A DNA stretch of 64,000 nucleotides from Octopus sinensis (taxonomy: Eukaryota): assembly GCF_006345805.1 (NCBI RefSeq), contig NC_043003.1, positions 12,958,001-13,022,000 of the forward strand, written 5' to 3'. Positions 1-15,397 of this stretch are shown piece by piece. The notes below the pieces were generated by a model. The model saw nothing but the letters and a program-made list of their open reading frames with translations, was not told where the DNA came from and ran no database searches. How positions within the stretch are numbered: the stretch's first letter is position 1; each line of letters opens with the position of its first letter. Both the position numbers and the translations under genes were made by a program.

Positions 1-659
1 ATTAAATCCTATGTCTTTGTGCAGCTGAGGATTGCTCTGCATTTTAAATTGATGTTTCAACAAAAATATTAATTACTACCATGTTTTTGTTGATGAAACG
101 TGTTTCTCTGTCTACCTACTTACCCTCTTTGTGATGTTGGTAAATGGAATAAGTATAAAAATGAATCTTTTCAATTTAACTAAATTCTATATTTATATGC
201 AGCTGAAGATTGCTCTACATTTTAAAACTGATGTAATACTTGCATTGTTTAATTAAATGGAGTCGCATGAAATGATCGTACAGCATTACCTTTGGATATC
301 CTTGTTGCTTATTTTGATTATAATTACCCCATTTTGAATTATATGGATAATACCATACCAAATTCTGGTGCCTTTAACTTCATCATCATCATCATCATCA
401 TCATTTAGCATCCGTTTTCCATGCTAGCATGGGTTGGACGGTTCAACTGGGGTCTGTGAAGCTGGAAGGCTTCATCAGGCCCAGTCAGATCTGGCAGTGT
501 TTCTACGGCTGGATGCCCTTCCTAACGCCAACCACTCCGTGAGTGTAGTGGGTGCTTTTTACGTGCCACCCGCACAGGTGCCTGACAGAGCTGGCAAACG
601 GACACGAACGGATGGTGCTTTTACGTACCATATTCAACTGAATCTAAATTCTTACTGAA

Positions 660-702
<43 letters not shown>

Positions 703-3167
703 AGGAGCAATTCCATCGGGAGGTACTGAAACAAATACGTCACAAATACGTGCTCTATGTAAAATATATATGCAATATACTAGCTACAAGGCCAAAATAG
801 TTAAAGCTTCATATCGTTGGTATGATGGTGGTCCAACATTAATATGATGAGGATGATGATGATGACAGCAATAAAGAATATGATGAGGATGAGCATAAGG
901 ACCATGATGACAATGACAATGAAAAGAATAATGAGGGGGGATGTGTAGGGGAAAATGGTGGTGAAGGATGGTGGTGGAGATGACAGAGATGACAACAATG
1001 ACGTCAGCAGTGTTGATGGCAGTGACAATGACGAAGATGACTATGATGTCGGTGATGATGAAGATGACAATGATGGTGATGATGATGATAGCAACAACAA
1101 ATGTGATGGTGACATTACGACGACGATGACGATGGCAACGATAATGGCAATAACAACAACAGCAACGACGATGGTGACAACAACAGCAACAGGAGGCGCA
1201 ATGGCCCAGTGGTTAGGGCAGCGGACTCGCGGTCGCAAGAACGCGGTTTCAAGTCCCAGACCAGGCATTGTGAGTCTTTATTGAGCAAAAACACCTAAGC
1301 TCCACGAGGCTCCGGCTGTGGGGGTGGATGAACCCCGCTGTACTCTTTCACCACAACTTTCTCTCACTCTTTCTTCCTACTTCTGCTACAAAGCAGAGGA
1401 ACCATGGTGTAACCCACTATGGCGTGGTAAAACTTTCAGACCCTAGTCTAGATTGCGAATCTTCTATACCCCAGGATGGTTCAGCTCTCCACCCGTTGAA
1501 ACCCACCGTTTACAGAATGAGGATAACAACATAGATTTTGCCCCCGTGCAACCATCAGTCTATCGCATGTGGTGGGTGGATCTTCAAGTTGCCACATGCA
1601 TTCTTAGTAGCTTAGAGTAGGCTCGAATTAGAGATCATTCTTTGTGGCTAATGGTGTGAGTCCTGATTGGAAGAAGAAGAAGAAGAAGACAACAACAATA
1701 GCAACAACAACAACAACTACAATAACAACTTCTATTGTAATTATTTGTAATGATGATACAGTCTAAACAGACTTTCAACAATTATATCCTGTTTTTCTTT
1801 GACCTTTACCAAACTGAAAACTTTGCCAGCTACACTATGGAGTAGAGAAAGGATTATACAGGAATAAATTCTTTGATTGACTTTCTGGTTTATCACAAAG
1901 CTCATAGGACAATATATCTCAGAATTCCAGCAATTCCAAGAGCAGCATTTGGATATCTGCCAGATTTATTTGCAGACAATTCACTGTTCTTTGTTGCATT
2001 TCACAACTGCTGCAATTCTTTATTTTATATTCTTCCACACACATATATGTGTGTGTGTGTGTATAGATTTTAATATGTATAGTGTGTGTGCTTGTGCACA
2101 CTTACATATTACATCAGGCGTGGCTGTGTGGTTAAGAAGCTTGCTTCCTAACCATGTGGTCTTGGGTTCAGTCCTACGGTGTGGCAACTTGGACTGGTGC
2201 CTTCTACTCTAGCTCCAGGCTGACCAAAGCTTTGTGAGTGAACTTGGTAGATGGAAACCAAAGAAGCCCATTGTGTGTGTGTGTGTGTGAGTCTAAGTGT
2301 GTGTGTGTGTGTGTGGTGTGTGTGAGTCTAAGTGTGTGTGTGAGTGTGTATTTATATGTACATGACCGGCACCCATGCTAGTGGAGTGCTATGAGCACCA
2401 TCCAAGCGTGATCATTGCCAGAGCAGCTGACTGGTTTCCATGCCAGTGGCACGTAAAAATGGTGGCGGCACGTGAATAAACATTTGAGTAAGGCCATTGC
2501 CAGTGCCGCTTGACTGGCTCCTGTGCAGGTGGCACATAAAAAACACTATTTGAGTGTAGCCGTTACCAGTACTGCCTGAATGGCCCTTGTGCCGGTGGCA
2601 CGTTAAAGCACCCAATACACTCGAGAAGTGGTTGGTGTTAGGAAGGGCATCCAGCTGTAGAAACTCAGCCATCTGGTTCACCAGTCCTCACTCAAATCAT
2701 CCAACCCATGCCAGCATGGAAAGCGGATGTTAAACGATGATGATGATATATGGAACCCTTTGGGCCGTCTGTTCTTGTCAAACTGTCCAACCCATGCCAG
2801 CATGGAAAAAGGATGGTAAATGATGACAATGATGCATATATGTGTGTGTATGAAATGTATGTATACACACACACACACACACGGTGGAGGTACATGGCTT
2901 ACTAGTTAGGGTGTTGTTCCCATGACTGTAAGACAGTGGCTTCAATTCCAGGAACAGGCAATGCATTGTGCTGTTGTGCAAAAACACATCATTTCACACT
3001 GTTCCAGTCCACTCAGCAGGCAAAAGTGAGTAATCATGCAAAGGACAGGCATCCCGTCCAGGTGGGGAATATAAACGCCCATGAAACCAGGGAACCAGCC
3101 CTTGTGAGTTGACATGACTCACAAAAGAAACTCAACCATTTTTTTACACACAAACACACCGTGTGTG

Positions 3168-3276
<109 letters not shown>

Positions 3277-3622
3277 AATACGGAGATGTACTCGCATAGC
3301 AAGTAATTTGATCTGAGATCGTGTGCTGAAACGAAAACAATTGCAGCGTGGAAGGTGTTTATAAGCCATTTAAGAAACACACAAAAGCCGTTCGATTCAC
3401 TTCAAAATTTAAGTTTAATTTGTCAAAATATTTTCGTCACTAAAATCCGCGACCTGTTCACTGACAAAAATCTGTGCTGCATCTCTGCATATATGTAAAT
3501 ATATATTTATATATATATATGTGGAGGCGCAATGGCCTAGTGTTTATGGCAGTAGACTCGCAGTCGTAGGATCACGGTTTCGATTCCCAGACCAGGCGTT
3601 GTGAGTGTTTATTGAGCAAAAA

Positions 3623-3661
<39 letters not shown>

Positions 3662-4047
3662 CATAGGAGTGGCTGCATGGTAAGTAGCATGCTTACCAAC
3701 CACATGGTTCCGGGTTTATTCCCACTGCGTGGCACCTTGGGCAATTGTCTTCTACTATAGCTGTGGGCCGACCAAAGCCTTGTGAGTGGATTTGGTTGAT
3801 GGAAACTGAAAGAAGCCCGTCATATATATGTATATATATGTGTGTATGTTTGTGTGTCTGTATTTGTCCCCTCAACATCGCTTGACAACCGATGCTGGTG
3901 TGTTTGTCTCCGTAACTTAGCGGTTTAGCAAAAGTGACCGATAGAATAAGTACTAAGCACACAGACAATAAGTCCTGGGGTCGTCTGCTCGACTAAAGGC
4001 GGTGCTCCAGCATGGCCACAGTCAAATGACTGAAACAAGTAAAAGAG

Positions 4048-4085
<38 letters not shown>

Positions 4086-7001
4086 TACATATGGTGTATG
4101 TGTATGTGTATTCTTATCTAGACACTACATGACAGTTGTGAATGGGTAAATGAGTGTAACACACAGTATAGGTTGAGAGAATTCACCATTCCAAAGATGG
4201 TAAATGATTGCACTTAATTAATTTGGAGAAGAGTATAAGTAGAAAATAAAACAAACATGCATATTAGTTTGTAAGACGTTTAGTTATAACATCTTACATA
4301 CATTTCATTAACATCAGCTGACTATTAGTAACATAACATAGATTTACATAATGTAAATTACATACTCAATTTATTTTCAAATCATCAGAGATGCATAACA
4401 TTTTTCTGTGCATGTGTGGGTATGTATGTGTGTTGGTATATGTATGTGTGTAAATATGTTGTAGCTATATTCTTTAACTTTTTTCAGTTATTTCACTATG
4501 GCCATTTAGTTGAACAAATCAACTCCAGGGTTTAATGTTTGTAAGCCTAGTACTTATTTTATTGTTTTTTTTTTTTGCCAAACTGCTAAGTTACTGAGAC
4601 GTAAACACACCAACATCAGTTGTCAAGCAATGGTGGGGGACAGACACAGAACACACACATACACACAGACATACATATATATATATATATACATACGACA
4701 GGCTTCTTTCAGTTTCTGTCCACCAAATCCACTCACAAAGCTTTGGTCGGCCCGAGGCTATAGTAGAAGACACTTGCCCAAGGTGTCATGCAGTGGGACT
4801 GAAGCCAGAACCATGTGGTTGGTTAAGCAAGCTATTTACCACACAGCCGTGTGAACATGCACTTATAAAGACATACATCATCGTCGTCATCATCATCATC
4901 ATCTAACATCCATTGGCCATGCTGGCAAGGGTTGGCTGGTGTGACCAAAGCTGGCAAGCTGGGGGGGGGGGCTGCACCAGGCTCCAGTCTGACTTGGCAT
5001 GGTTTCTATGGCTGGATGCCCTTCCTAATGCCAACAACTTTACAGAGTGTGCAGGATGCTTTTACATGGTACTGCATGGGCACTTCTACATGTCACTGCA
5101 TGGGTGCTTTTACATGTTGTCACACTGACACTTTTACGTGGTACCAAATGGGTACTTTTACATAGCACCACCACAAGTGCTTTAGAACAATTCTGCTGTG
5201 GAATACGGGTCTTCTTGAGTAACACAAGGCACCAGGTATCTCTGTCGTTTGTCATCTCACCTGAAAGGTTCAATCAGTGCCCTGAGGTTGTTCTTCAGTA
5301 CTTTATCCCATGTCTTCCTGGGTCTCCCGCTTTCATATGTTCCATCCACATTGAGAGATCAACACTTCTTTATGGAGCTGACCAAGGCAGTGCAGTCCTT
5401 TCTCTTGCACGCAGCAACTAATTCCTCTTGTGCCCAACTTCTCTCTCAGAACATTAGCACTCTGTTGGGCATGTACATTACACATCCAGCAGAGCATACC
5501 AGCCTCGTTCCTTTTTAACCTTAATACATGTGTAACATACAATTATATGTATGTGTGTATGTCCATTTATGTGAATGCATAATTTGGTATACGTCATCAT
5601 CATCATTTAACGTCCGTTTTCCATGCTGGCATGGGTTGGACGGTTTGAGTGAAATCTGGAGAGCCAGCAGCTGCACCAGGCTCCAATCTGATCTGGCAAT
5701 GTTTCTACAGCTGGATGCCCTTCCTAACACCAACCACTCTGAGAGTGTAGTGGATGCTTTTTATGTGCCACCAGCACAGGAGCCAGTCAAGTGGCCCTGG
5801 CATCGATCACATTGAGATAGTGCATTTTACATGCCAGTCAAGGCATATACTGGCATCAGCCACGTTCAGTTGGTGCTTTTTACAAGCCACCGGTATGGGG
5901 ACCAGTCAGTGGGTACTGGCATCGGCCACGTTCAGATGGTGCTTTTTACGTGCCACCAGCACATATATATTTCTATGTATATGTTTGTAATGCACAAAGG
6001 GAGACCCAGAAAACATGGGATGAAGCGGTGAAGAATGACCTCAAAACCATGAACCTCGTGATGGAGATGACAAAGGACCAGGATGACTAGTGAAATGTGG
6101 TTCTCAAGAAGAAAAACCCACATTGGCAGACCTGACTTCTGGAAAACTGTGCACAAACCCAAACCTACACATATATTCCCTTCTACGCACCCCATATCAT
6201 GAGGAAGCACCTGGACACCTCATCTACATTCTTGATCTCTCTGTGGCTCCTACAATCATTCTCACACTTTCTTCTAAATGCGAGTACACATGTAGCTTCT
6301 CTACAAGAACCAGCTCTAACCCATTCTTCTCCCTTACCTTAACCTCTCATTTTCCTAGCATAAAGCCACCTACCCACTTCTGGGTTCATGGTCTTGCAAA
6401 CTGCATGGCGACCTTACTAGCGCTGGTGCCATGTAAAAAGTACCAAGTGCACACTGTAAGGTTGTTGATATTAGGTTAGGAAGGGCATATGGGAATAGAA
6501 ACCATGCCAGAACAGGCACTAGAGCATCATGCAGTCCTTGATCTTATTGGACCCAGTTGTCAAAACCATCCAAAACCAACTCATGCCAGCATGGAAAAGG
6601 GACATGAAATGATGGCGATAACAATGATGATGATGACAACAATGACAGTGAAGATGATGATGTTGATGATGATGATTCCAAAGAGCATGAATGTGAAGTG
6701 AAAATAACTACAGATGGAAGGAACTGAAACCTGGACCTAAACTCTATGATCCTCCTTGTTCTTATTGCAGACGCCACAATGCTTGTAGCAATGGAGCATG
6801 AACAAAAACTTAAATAACAAAATCTCTGAAAAGAAATTCACAAACAGGAGTGGCTGTGTGGTAAGTAGCTTGCTTACCAACCACATGGTTCCGGGTTCAG
6901 TCCTACTGCATGGCACCTTGGACAAGTGTCTTCTACTATAGCCTCGGGCCAACCAAAGCCTTGTGAGTGGATTTGGTAGATGGAAACTGAAAGAAGCCCG
7001 T

Positions 7002-7072
<71 letters not shown>

Positions 7073-7097
7073 TTGTGTGTCTGTGTTTGTCCCCCTA

Positions 7098-7595
<498 letters not shown>

Positions 7596-9811
7596 TTAAA
7601 TAGGAAAAGAACATGTTAGATAGTGTAATCCTACACAGCATTGTTAGTCCCCCTAACATCGCTTGACAACCGATGCTGGTGTGTTTACGTCCCCATAACT
7701 TAGCAATTCAGCAAAAGAGAGTGATAGAATAAGTACTAAGCTTACAAAGAATAAGTCCTGGGGTCGATTTGCTCAACTAAAGGCGGTGCTCCAGCATGGT
7801 CGCAGTCAAATGACTGAGACAAGTAATAAAAAAGATATATATTTATATAATACATTGTGTTCAACATCATATGCCCAAAGATAATGGCCTGATCAAACAT
7901 CCGATTTTATGACCTTATACATAGACAGTATGCATGATCCAGACTCCGTATGAATCATTTTACATCTGCTTTAACATCCTCTTCATTTGGACTTCGCAAG
8001 TACATTCATGGATTTACACTTTTTATAAATCTATATTTATGAATTTTTATGTGTTTATAAATTTTCATGTGTACGAATTTTAATATATATTTATAAATTT
8101 CCATGTATATGTATGTATTTATAAATTCTTAGAATTTTTTTTTTATATATCATATTGATGAATTTCGTTAATATGGATTCAATTAATATATACATCAGAC
8201 TTTGAATTTGTTTTCTCCTCTCCTTAATTTTATATATACATATATCCATCCGAATGTGGCCATTGCCAGTGCTGCCTCGACTGGAATCCGTGCCGGTGGC
8301 ACGTAAAAAGCACCAGCGGATCATGGCCATTGACAGCCTCGCCTGGCACCTGTGCCAGTGGAATGTAAAAAGCACCCACTACACTCACGGAGTGGTTGGC
8401 ATTAGGAAGGGCACCCAGCTGTAGAAACACTGCCAGAACCGTCCAACCATGCTAGCATGGAAAACGAACATTAAACGATGATGATGATATTTATATATAT
8501 ATATATATATATTGAGTTGTCAGATAAATTTATTAGTTTTTTTTCCATGCATTTTATGATTCTTTCCAATGTCATTTATTTGAATACATCAAATATTTTT
8601 GTTGCATGCACAAAGGCACACACACACACATATACAACAAGCTTCATTCAGTTTCCATCAAACAAATCCACTCACAAAGCTTTGTTCAGCCCACAGCTAT
8701 AGTAGAAGACTTTCGCTTGAGGCGCCATGCACTGGGACTGAACCTGGAACCACATGATCGGGAAACAAACTTCTTACCACACAGCCACATCAGCATATAT
8801 ACGTGTGTGTGTGTGTGTGTGTGTGTTTTTGTAGTGTGTGCCCATGTATGTGTGTGTAGACAAACAAATAGACAGACAGATATTTGTTTGTTTTGGCTTT
8901 GAACTCTCTAATAACGAAGTTAGGTCCACTTCCACTTTTACATCTGACATTAGACTTTTAATTATGTTTCTGATGTTTGGGACATTTCCAGAAAACTGGA
9001 AACAATCTTAGCCACGGATGTTTGTAAAGGTTACAACCAGAACAGGAAACCTTGAGGGAGATGGTCATTAAAAGTGACTTGTGAAACAAATCTTTGGGCG
9101 GAGTCATTAATTTATATCAGAAGTAATATTAATATTATTAATGAACAGATATTTCATGACAATGTGAAGGAGCATGGCTCAGTGGTTAGAGTTGTAGAAG
9201 AAGTATGATCACTCTTTACCTTTAGGTATCCGCATTTTGCCTCTTTACCTTTAGGTACCCATTTTGGTTCATCACGTGATGGTCAAGTCCATTTAGCTGA
9301 AAGCTAAATGAAGCAGACTGTCTCCCTCTTAACATGATAGATTAGCTAAGTGTCCCAACATAAGTTATTTAAGGGAGGTTTTACAACTCCCTAATTCCTG
9401 AGGGAGGGGTGTTTGTTATGAGCAAGTTTTGATCTTCGACTTGAAAGCAGTTTATTCCACTTTGCTGCTTCAGCAAGGAGAGATTTGTAACCAGAATCCT
9501 TGATGCTATGCATTGCATTTTATCCAACATTTATCTTCAACTTCAAGAAACATTTAGAAACCATGTGTTTTTAACAGAGTTATGCCAATTGATCTATTTC
9601 ACTTTAGCGTCGTAAATAAATGTTACAGAACTGTTCTATATTTTAGAGATGAGAAATTCTGTACATTATTTACATTGGATGGATATGTGTTCTCATCTTT
9701 GTTGCTACCACAACATTTCGGCTGATTTACTCTCCAGCCTTCATCAAATGTCTTGGTGGAATTTTGAACCCGACTCTGGATTCTCATTTCTAAGGTATTT
9801 TTTGCTGATGC

Positions 9812-9851
<40 letters not shown>

Positions 9852-10461
9852 TAGTTTTATTTTTATATCGTGCTTTCACTTCACTACTGAGCACAGCTGT
9901 GTGTGCCTTGGGTATGTGCTGTGGTTTGCTGTGATGCTCTTATGGTTACTGTATTGAAAGTGTTTTGCATAGGATGTGTGCAGTGCCCAGTAGTCCAATT
10001 TTCTGTTTGTTATAGATATTTGTAAGTCCTGGTGTTTTTGTTATGTATTTGTCTGAATATTTTTTTGTCATACCTAATGCGCCTACTATGATATTATTAT
10101 TATTATTATTATTATTATTTGATTTATTCAAGACATTGAACTCAGAATTTTGGCGTTAGTAGCCCGTGCTATATGCCCATGGCATATAGCATATGCTTTA
10201 AGAGTGCGTTGTCATAACAACAAACAAGATGAAGATGCATATCCATCTAATGTAAATAATGTAAATAAATGTTGCAGTGCAATCAACTTAAACTTGTATT
10301 TGTATTTTCTTAATGATATTCATCCTGGACCACATGGTTCTGGGTTCAGTCCCATTTTATGACATCTTGGGCAAGTGTCTTCTACTATAGCCTTGGGCCA
10401 ACCAAAGCCTTGTGAGTGGAAACTGAAAGAAGCCCATCGTATATATGTATGTATGTATGAT

Positions 10462-10504
<43 letters not shown>

Positions 10505-10687
10505 ATATATATATGTGTGTGTATATGTTTGTGTCTGTGTTTGTCCCGCCAACATCACTTGACAACCAATGCTGGTGTGTTTACGTCTCCGTAACTTAGC
10601 AGTTCAGCAAATACATAGGTACACATCCAATAGTATACTGGATATTTAATATCCCTAGATGGTTTATTAAACTCTCATACAGACATA

Positions 10688-10696
<9 letters not shown>

Positions 10697-10735
<39 letters not shown>

Positions 10736-11160
10736 CACGTTATATATATATATAATATCATATATACATATAATATATACATATATATATACATATATAT
10801 ATATACATATATATATATACATATATATATACATATATATATATACATATATATATACATATATATTATACATATATATATACATATATATATATACATA
10901 TATATATACATATACTCTTTACTCTTTACTCTTTATTTGTTTCAGTCATTTGACTGCGGCCATGCTGGAGCACCGCCTTTAGTCGAGCAAATCGACCCCG
11001 GGACTATTCTTTGTAAGCCCAGTATTATTCTATCGGTCTCTTTTTGCCAAACCGCTAAGTGACGGGGACGTAAACACACCAGCATGGTTGTCAAGCAATG
11101 CTAGGGGACAACACAGACACACAACACACACATACATATATATATACATATATACGACGA

Positions 11161-11198
<38 letters not shown>

Positions 11199-11199
11199 C

Positions 11200-11250
<51 letters not shown>

Positions 11251-11416
11251 CATATATATATATACATATATATATACATATATATATAATACATATACAT
11301 ATATACATATACATATATACATATACATATATATATATACATATATATATATACATATACATATATACATATACATATACATATATATATATATATATAT
11401 ATAATATACATATATA
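10697..11416. repeat. Large (TA)n/(TACA)n microsatellite blocks flanking and inside a SINE
   Basis: Directly visible. Similar dinucleotide, (CAT)n, (ATT)n and (GATA)n (54877-55060) tracts occur throughout. Confidence 0.95.
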
Positions 11417-12232
11417 CGTGCGGGTGGCACATAAAAAGCACCCACTACACTCACGGAGTGGTTGGCGTTAGGAAGGGCATCCAGCCGTAGAAACACTGCC
11501 AGAACAGACTGGGCCTGGCGCAGCCTACTGGCTCCCTAGACCCCAGTTGAACCGTCCAACCCATGCTAGCATGGAGAACGGATGTTAAACGATGATGATG
11601 ATGATATCATCATCATCATTATGTATTTATGTATATATATATATATATATATATATCTTTCATCTTTTACTTGTTTCAGTCATTTGACTGCAGCCATGCT
11701 AGGGCACCACCTGGGAGAGTGTTAGTCAGAAAATCACGCCCAGAACTTATATTTTGAAGCCCAGTAGTTAGTCTATTGCTTTCTTTTGCTGAACCGCTAA
11801 GTTTTCAAGCGGTGTTGACGAAACAAACACAGACACAAAAACATCATCATCATAATCATCGTTTAACGTCCGTTCTCCATGGGTTGGACGGTTCGACCGG
11901 GGATCTAGGAAGCCAGAAGGCTGCACCAGGCTCCACACACACACACACATATATATATACATATACACACACACACACATCAAAGGCAATTCCAGACAAT
12001 ATCATACAATCATTTCTTCTGAAATAAAATGTTTCATAGGCAACAATTATCTATATATTCTAAGGCAATGGTGCATGGTTTGAGAGAGATTTGGCTGCTA
12101 TTTCTAACCATCTCACAGAAGCCCCCTCTGTTTGTAAAAACTACTGGTACCGGATGTAACAAAACAGTTGCACACCATTCATAATGTTTTCAGCAGGTGC
12201 AATTCTATAATGATTCAATGTAGCTCTCTTAC

Positions 12233-12381
12233 CTGTATGTCGTTAGCAAGCCATGCTCTGTGAACTTTCCTGCGATGGCTCGAAGTTAGATCGCTATGGT
12301 AACAGCCTACTCGGACGCCAAGTTCTCGTAGACCTACAGTGACATCTTCACTCTCTCTCCGAGAGAAGCAATACACAATTC
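12233..12381 (-). CDS. RECQL: RECQL exon 7: motif IV
   Basis: GIVYCFSRRESEDVTVGLRELGVRVGCYHSDLTSSHRRKVHRAWLANDIQ; ttgcag acceptor, GTAAGA donor, 149 nt. Confidence 0.95.
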
Positions 12382-13061
12382 CTGCAAAAATAAAGGAGAA
12401 TGGTTTGAAAACAATCAATAAGATTAACGTCTTGGCATTCCATTGGTCATGACAACGAGGGTTCCAGTTGATCCGATCAATGGAACAGCCTGCTCGTGAA
12501 ATTAATGTGCAAGTGGCTGAGCACTCCACAAATATGTGTACCCTTAACTTAGTTCTCGGGGAGATTCAGCATGACACAGAGTGTGACAAGGGTGGCCCTT
12601 TGAAATACAGGTACAGCAGAAACAGGAAGAAAGAGAGAAAGACGTGGTGAAAGAGAACAGCAGGCAGCAGGGGTCACCACCATTCCCTGCCGGAGCCACG
12701 TGGAGCTTTAGGAGATCTCGCTCAATAAATACTCACAACACCCAGTCTAGGAATCGAAACCGCGATCCGACAACCGCGAGTCCGCTGCCCTAACCACTGG
12801 GCCACTGCACTTCCACAATAAGTTTAGAATAATTAATGAGAGTAGAGAGAATGATATCAGGTCAAATGGATAGATTTACTGTCTGACTAGACACAGAATT
12901 GTATACATGTATATTGTATATATATATATGTGTGTGTGTATCGTCTTTTACTGGTTTAAGTGATTAGACAGCAGCAATGTTGGGAAATATATATATATAC
13001 ATATATATGTTTATATATTATACACACACACACATACATATATCTTATACATGTGTATGTG

Positions 13062-13096
<35 letters not shown>

Positions 13097-13604
13097 TCTT
13101 TTACTCTTTTACTTGTTTCAGTCATTTGACTGCAGCCATGCTGGAGCACCACCTTTAGTCGAGCAACTCAACCCCAGGACTTATTCTTTGTAAGCTTAGT
13201 ACTTATTCTATCGGTCTTTTTTACCGAACCGCTAAGTGACGGGGACATAAACACACCAGCATCGGTTGTCAAGCAATGCTAGGGGGACAAACACAGACTC
13301 ACAAACACACATACACATATATACGACAGGCTTCTTTCAGTTTCCGTCTACCAAATCCACTCACAAGGCTTTGGTCGACCCGAGGCTATAGTAGGAGACA
13401 CTTGCCCAAGGTGCCACGCAGTGGGACTGAACCTGGAACCATGTGGTTGGTAAGCCAGCTACTTCTTTTCCTTGTTTCAGATATTTGACTGCGGCCATGC
13501 TGGAGCGCCACCAAACCACGAAGTTACAGGGACATAAACGCACCAACATCGGTTGTCAAGCAATGGTGGGGGGACAAACAGAGACGCACGCACACACACA
13601 CACG

Positions 13605-13636
<32 letters not shown>

Positions 13637-14099
13637 CGATGGGCTTCTTTTAGTTTCAGTCTACCAAATCCATTCACAAGGCTTTGGTTGGCTCAAGGCT
13701 ATAGAAGACATTTGCCTAAGGTGCCATGCAGTGGGACTGAACCCATAGCCATGTCGTTAGTAAGCAAGGTACTTACCACACAGTCCATATGTGTATGTAT
13801 GCACATATATCTCTTATTATAAAAGGCAGATTTTATCTGCCTCCCTTTGTAACTTATAGAAATCTACAATATAGGATTTCTTCAATTACAATTTACCTAG
13901 CATTTTTAAGAGTAGAATGCATCGGGTCATGCCAGGTCCAGTTTTTAAAATTTAAACTCCAATTAAGCAAAATTTACAGAAAACTCACATTCTGGTGTGT
14001 ATGTCAAATGTTTTTCTTAATGTGGTTTACACCACACGCAAACGCACACACACACAAAGGGAGCGAATTGTTTCACTGACGCTATCACCCTTCTCCTCC

Positions 14100-14787
14100 T
14101 TTGTCTTTGCAAGTTTGCAGCTATTAAAGTGAAAACAGTGAATCCGACAGCGATAAAGAAAACGAATTGGTACCTGAATGGAGTGAAAATTTAAAAACTG
14201 TTTCTTTCGGTGATTTTTCTGAAGAACCTGCACCAAGCCACAAACTTTCCCAGAAGAGTAAAGCCTTAGACTATTTCTATTTACTTTTTCGAATGAGCCC
14301 ATTTGAAATCATTAAGGCAGAAACGAACCGTTACCTAAAAAAACGTAAACAAAACGAAAGAAAGGATAGTTTGTTATATCCCACACACCTTAAATGAAAT
14401 TAAGGCCTATTTTGCCATAAATATTATTATGGTATCAGAAAGTTACCCAGAATAACAAATTCTATTGTAAAATTTTGTTGTATACCCAATTGAATATTAG
14501 CTAATAACCCATTTTCTATAGCGATGTTTGAACAAAATTTTAATAATTTTATATATTGTTGAATTTACCTGTATCTACCTGCAATTAGAGTCACTTTGTG
14601 ACAAAAATTATAGTATAGAATTGGTTGAGGACATTTCATTAAATTATCTTCCAAAATTCACGTTAATATATTGATAAATAAAAAAGTTATTGTTGTTTAA
14701 TGAAACCAGACTAAATTTATGATTACGTTAGAATTAATTGAAACACATAAGGGGTGTATTTTGGTCAGAAATATAGTAACGAAAGGG
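14100..14787 (+). mobile_element. piggyBac-like transposon relic
   Basis: Frameshifted ...ALDYFYLLF..FEIIKAETNRY...EIKAYFAINIIM.IRKLPRITNFY resembles the PGBD transposase N-terminal region. Right end is ...AAAGGG|TTAA (14788-14791). Left end not found. Confidence 0.7.
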
Positions 14788-14898
14788 TTAAGAAAAACCA
14801 AAAAATATTTTATTCTTTATAATGTTGTATTCAAAATAACATTTTCTTTTAAGAATGTGTATATAACAAAGTATGTGTATATAACTACGTGACTTATA

Positions 14899-15397
14899 TC
14901 TTTATATATAAGAGTGAAGTTGCGTGTCTGTCTCCTACGATTTAGATTCCTAACTACTCCCACATTTTGCGGTGCAGTGTAACCAAAACCGGGTATCTTA
15001 TAGTCGTGAGTCATATCGAGCCCTTCTGGGTATTAGCGCGCGTCTACGATGAGTCTACGATTTAAAAAAATTTACCATCATATTTTTCCATTTTAATGCA
15101 TTTTTTTCGCTATTATATAAGGGAAGTAACTCTCTAAAAATATCTACGATGTGTCAACGATTTAAAAGAAATTTACCTTAATTTTTTTTCCATTTTAATG
15201 CATTTTTTTCGCTATTATATAAGGGAAGTAACTCTCTAAAAATATCTACGATGTGTCAACGATTAAAAAGAAATTTACCTTAATTTTTTTTCCATTTTTA
15301 ATATGCATTTTTTTCCTATTTTTTGGCTATAACTCTCTAAAAATGCTTATATAGTTATTTCCTTACAAACCCGAGCAACGCCGGGCGATACTGCTAG
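14899..15397 (+). mobile_element. Non-autonomous Helitron, copy 1
   Basis: A|TC start, CTAG|T end, subterminal hairpin CCCGAGCAACGCCGGG, no TSD; internal ~100-bp tandem repeats. Confidence 0.8.

Noticed and set aside
801-1284. Acidic and hydrophobic ORFs
   Set aside because: Degenerate (GAT/GAC/AAC)n trinucleotide tract running into a SINE.
1190-1385. tRNA-like sequence (TGGCCCAGTGG...GGTTTCAAGTCC)
   Set aside because: SINE head repeated at ~3525, ~12700-12815(-) and ~46152; no complete cloverleaf.
1780-2040. Unique sequence tested as the next RECQL (GRD/RQC) exon
   Set aside because: No frame resembling the expected GRD..A.C..Y/F zinc-binding region with proper splice sites.
10693-11496. 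YI/CV/TH-rich ORFs here and throughout
   Set aside because: Translations of (TA)n, (TG)n and (CA)n microsatellites.
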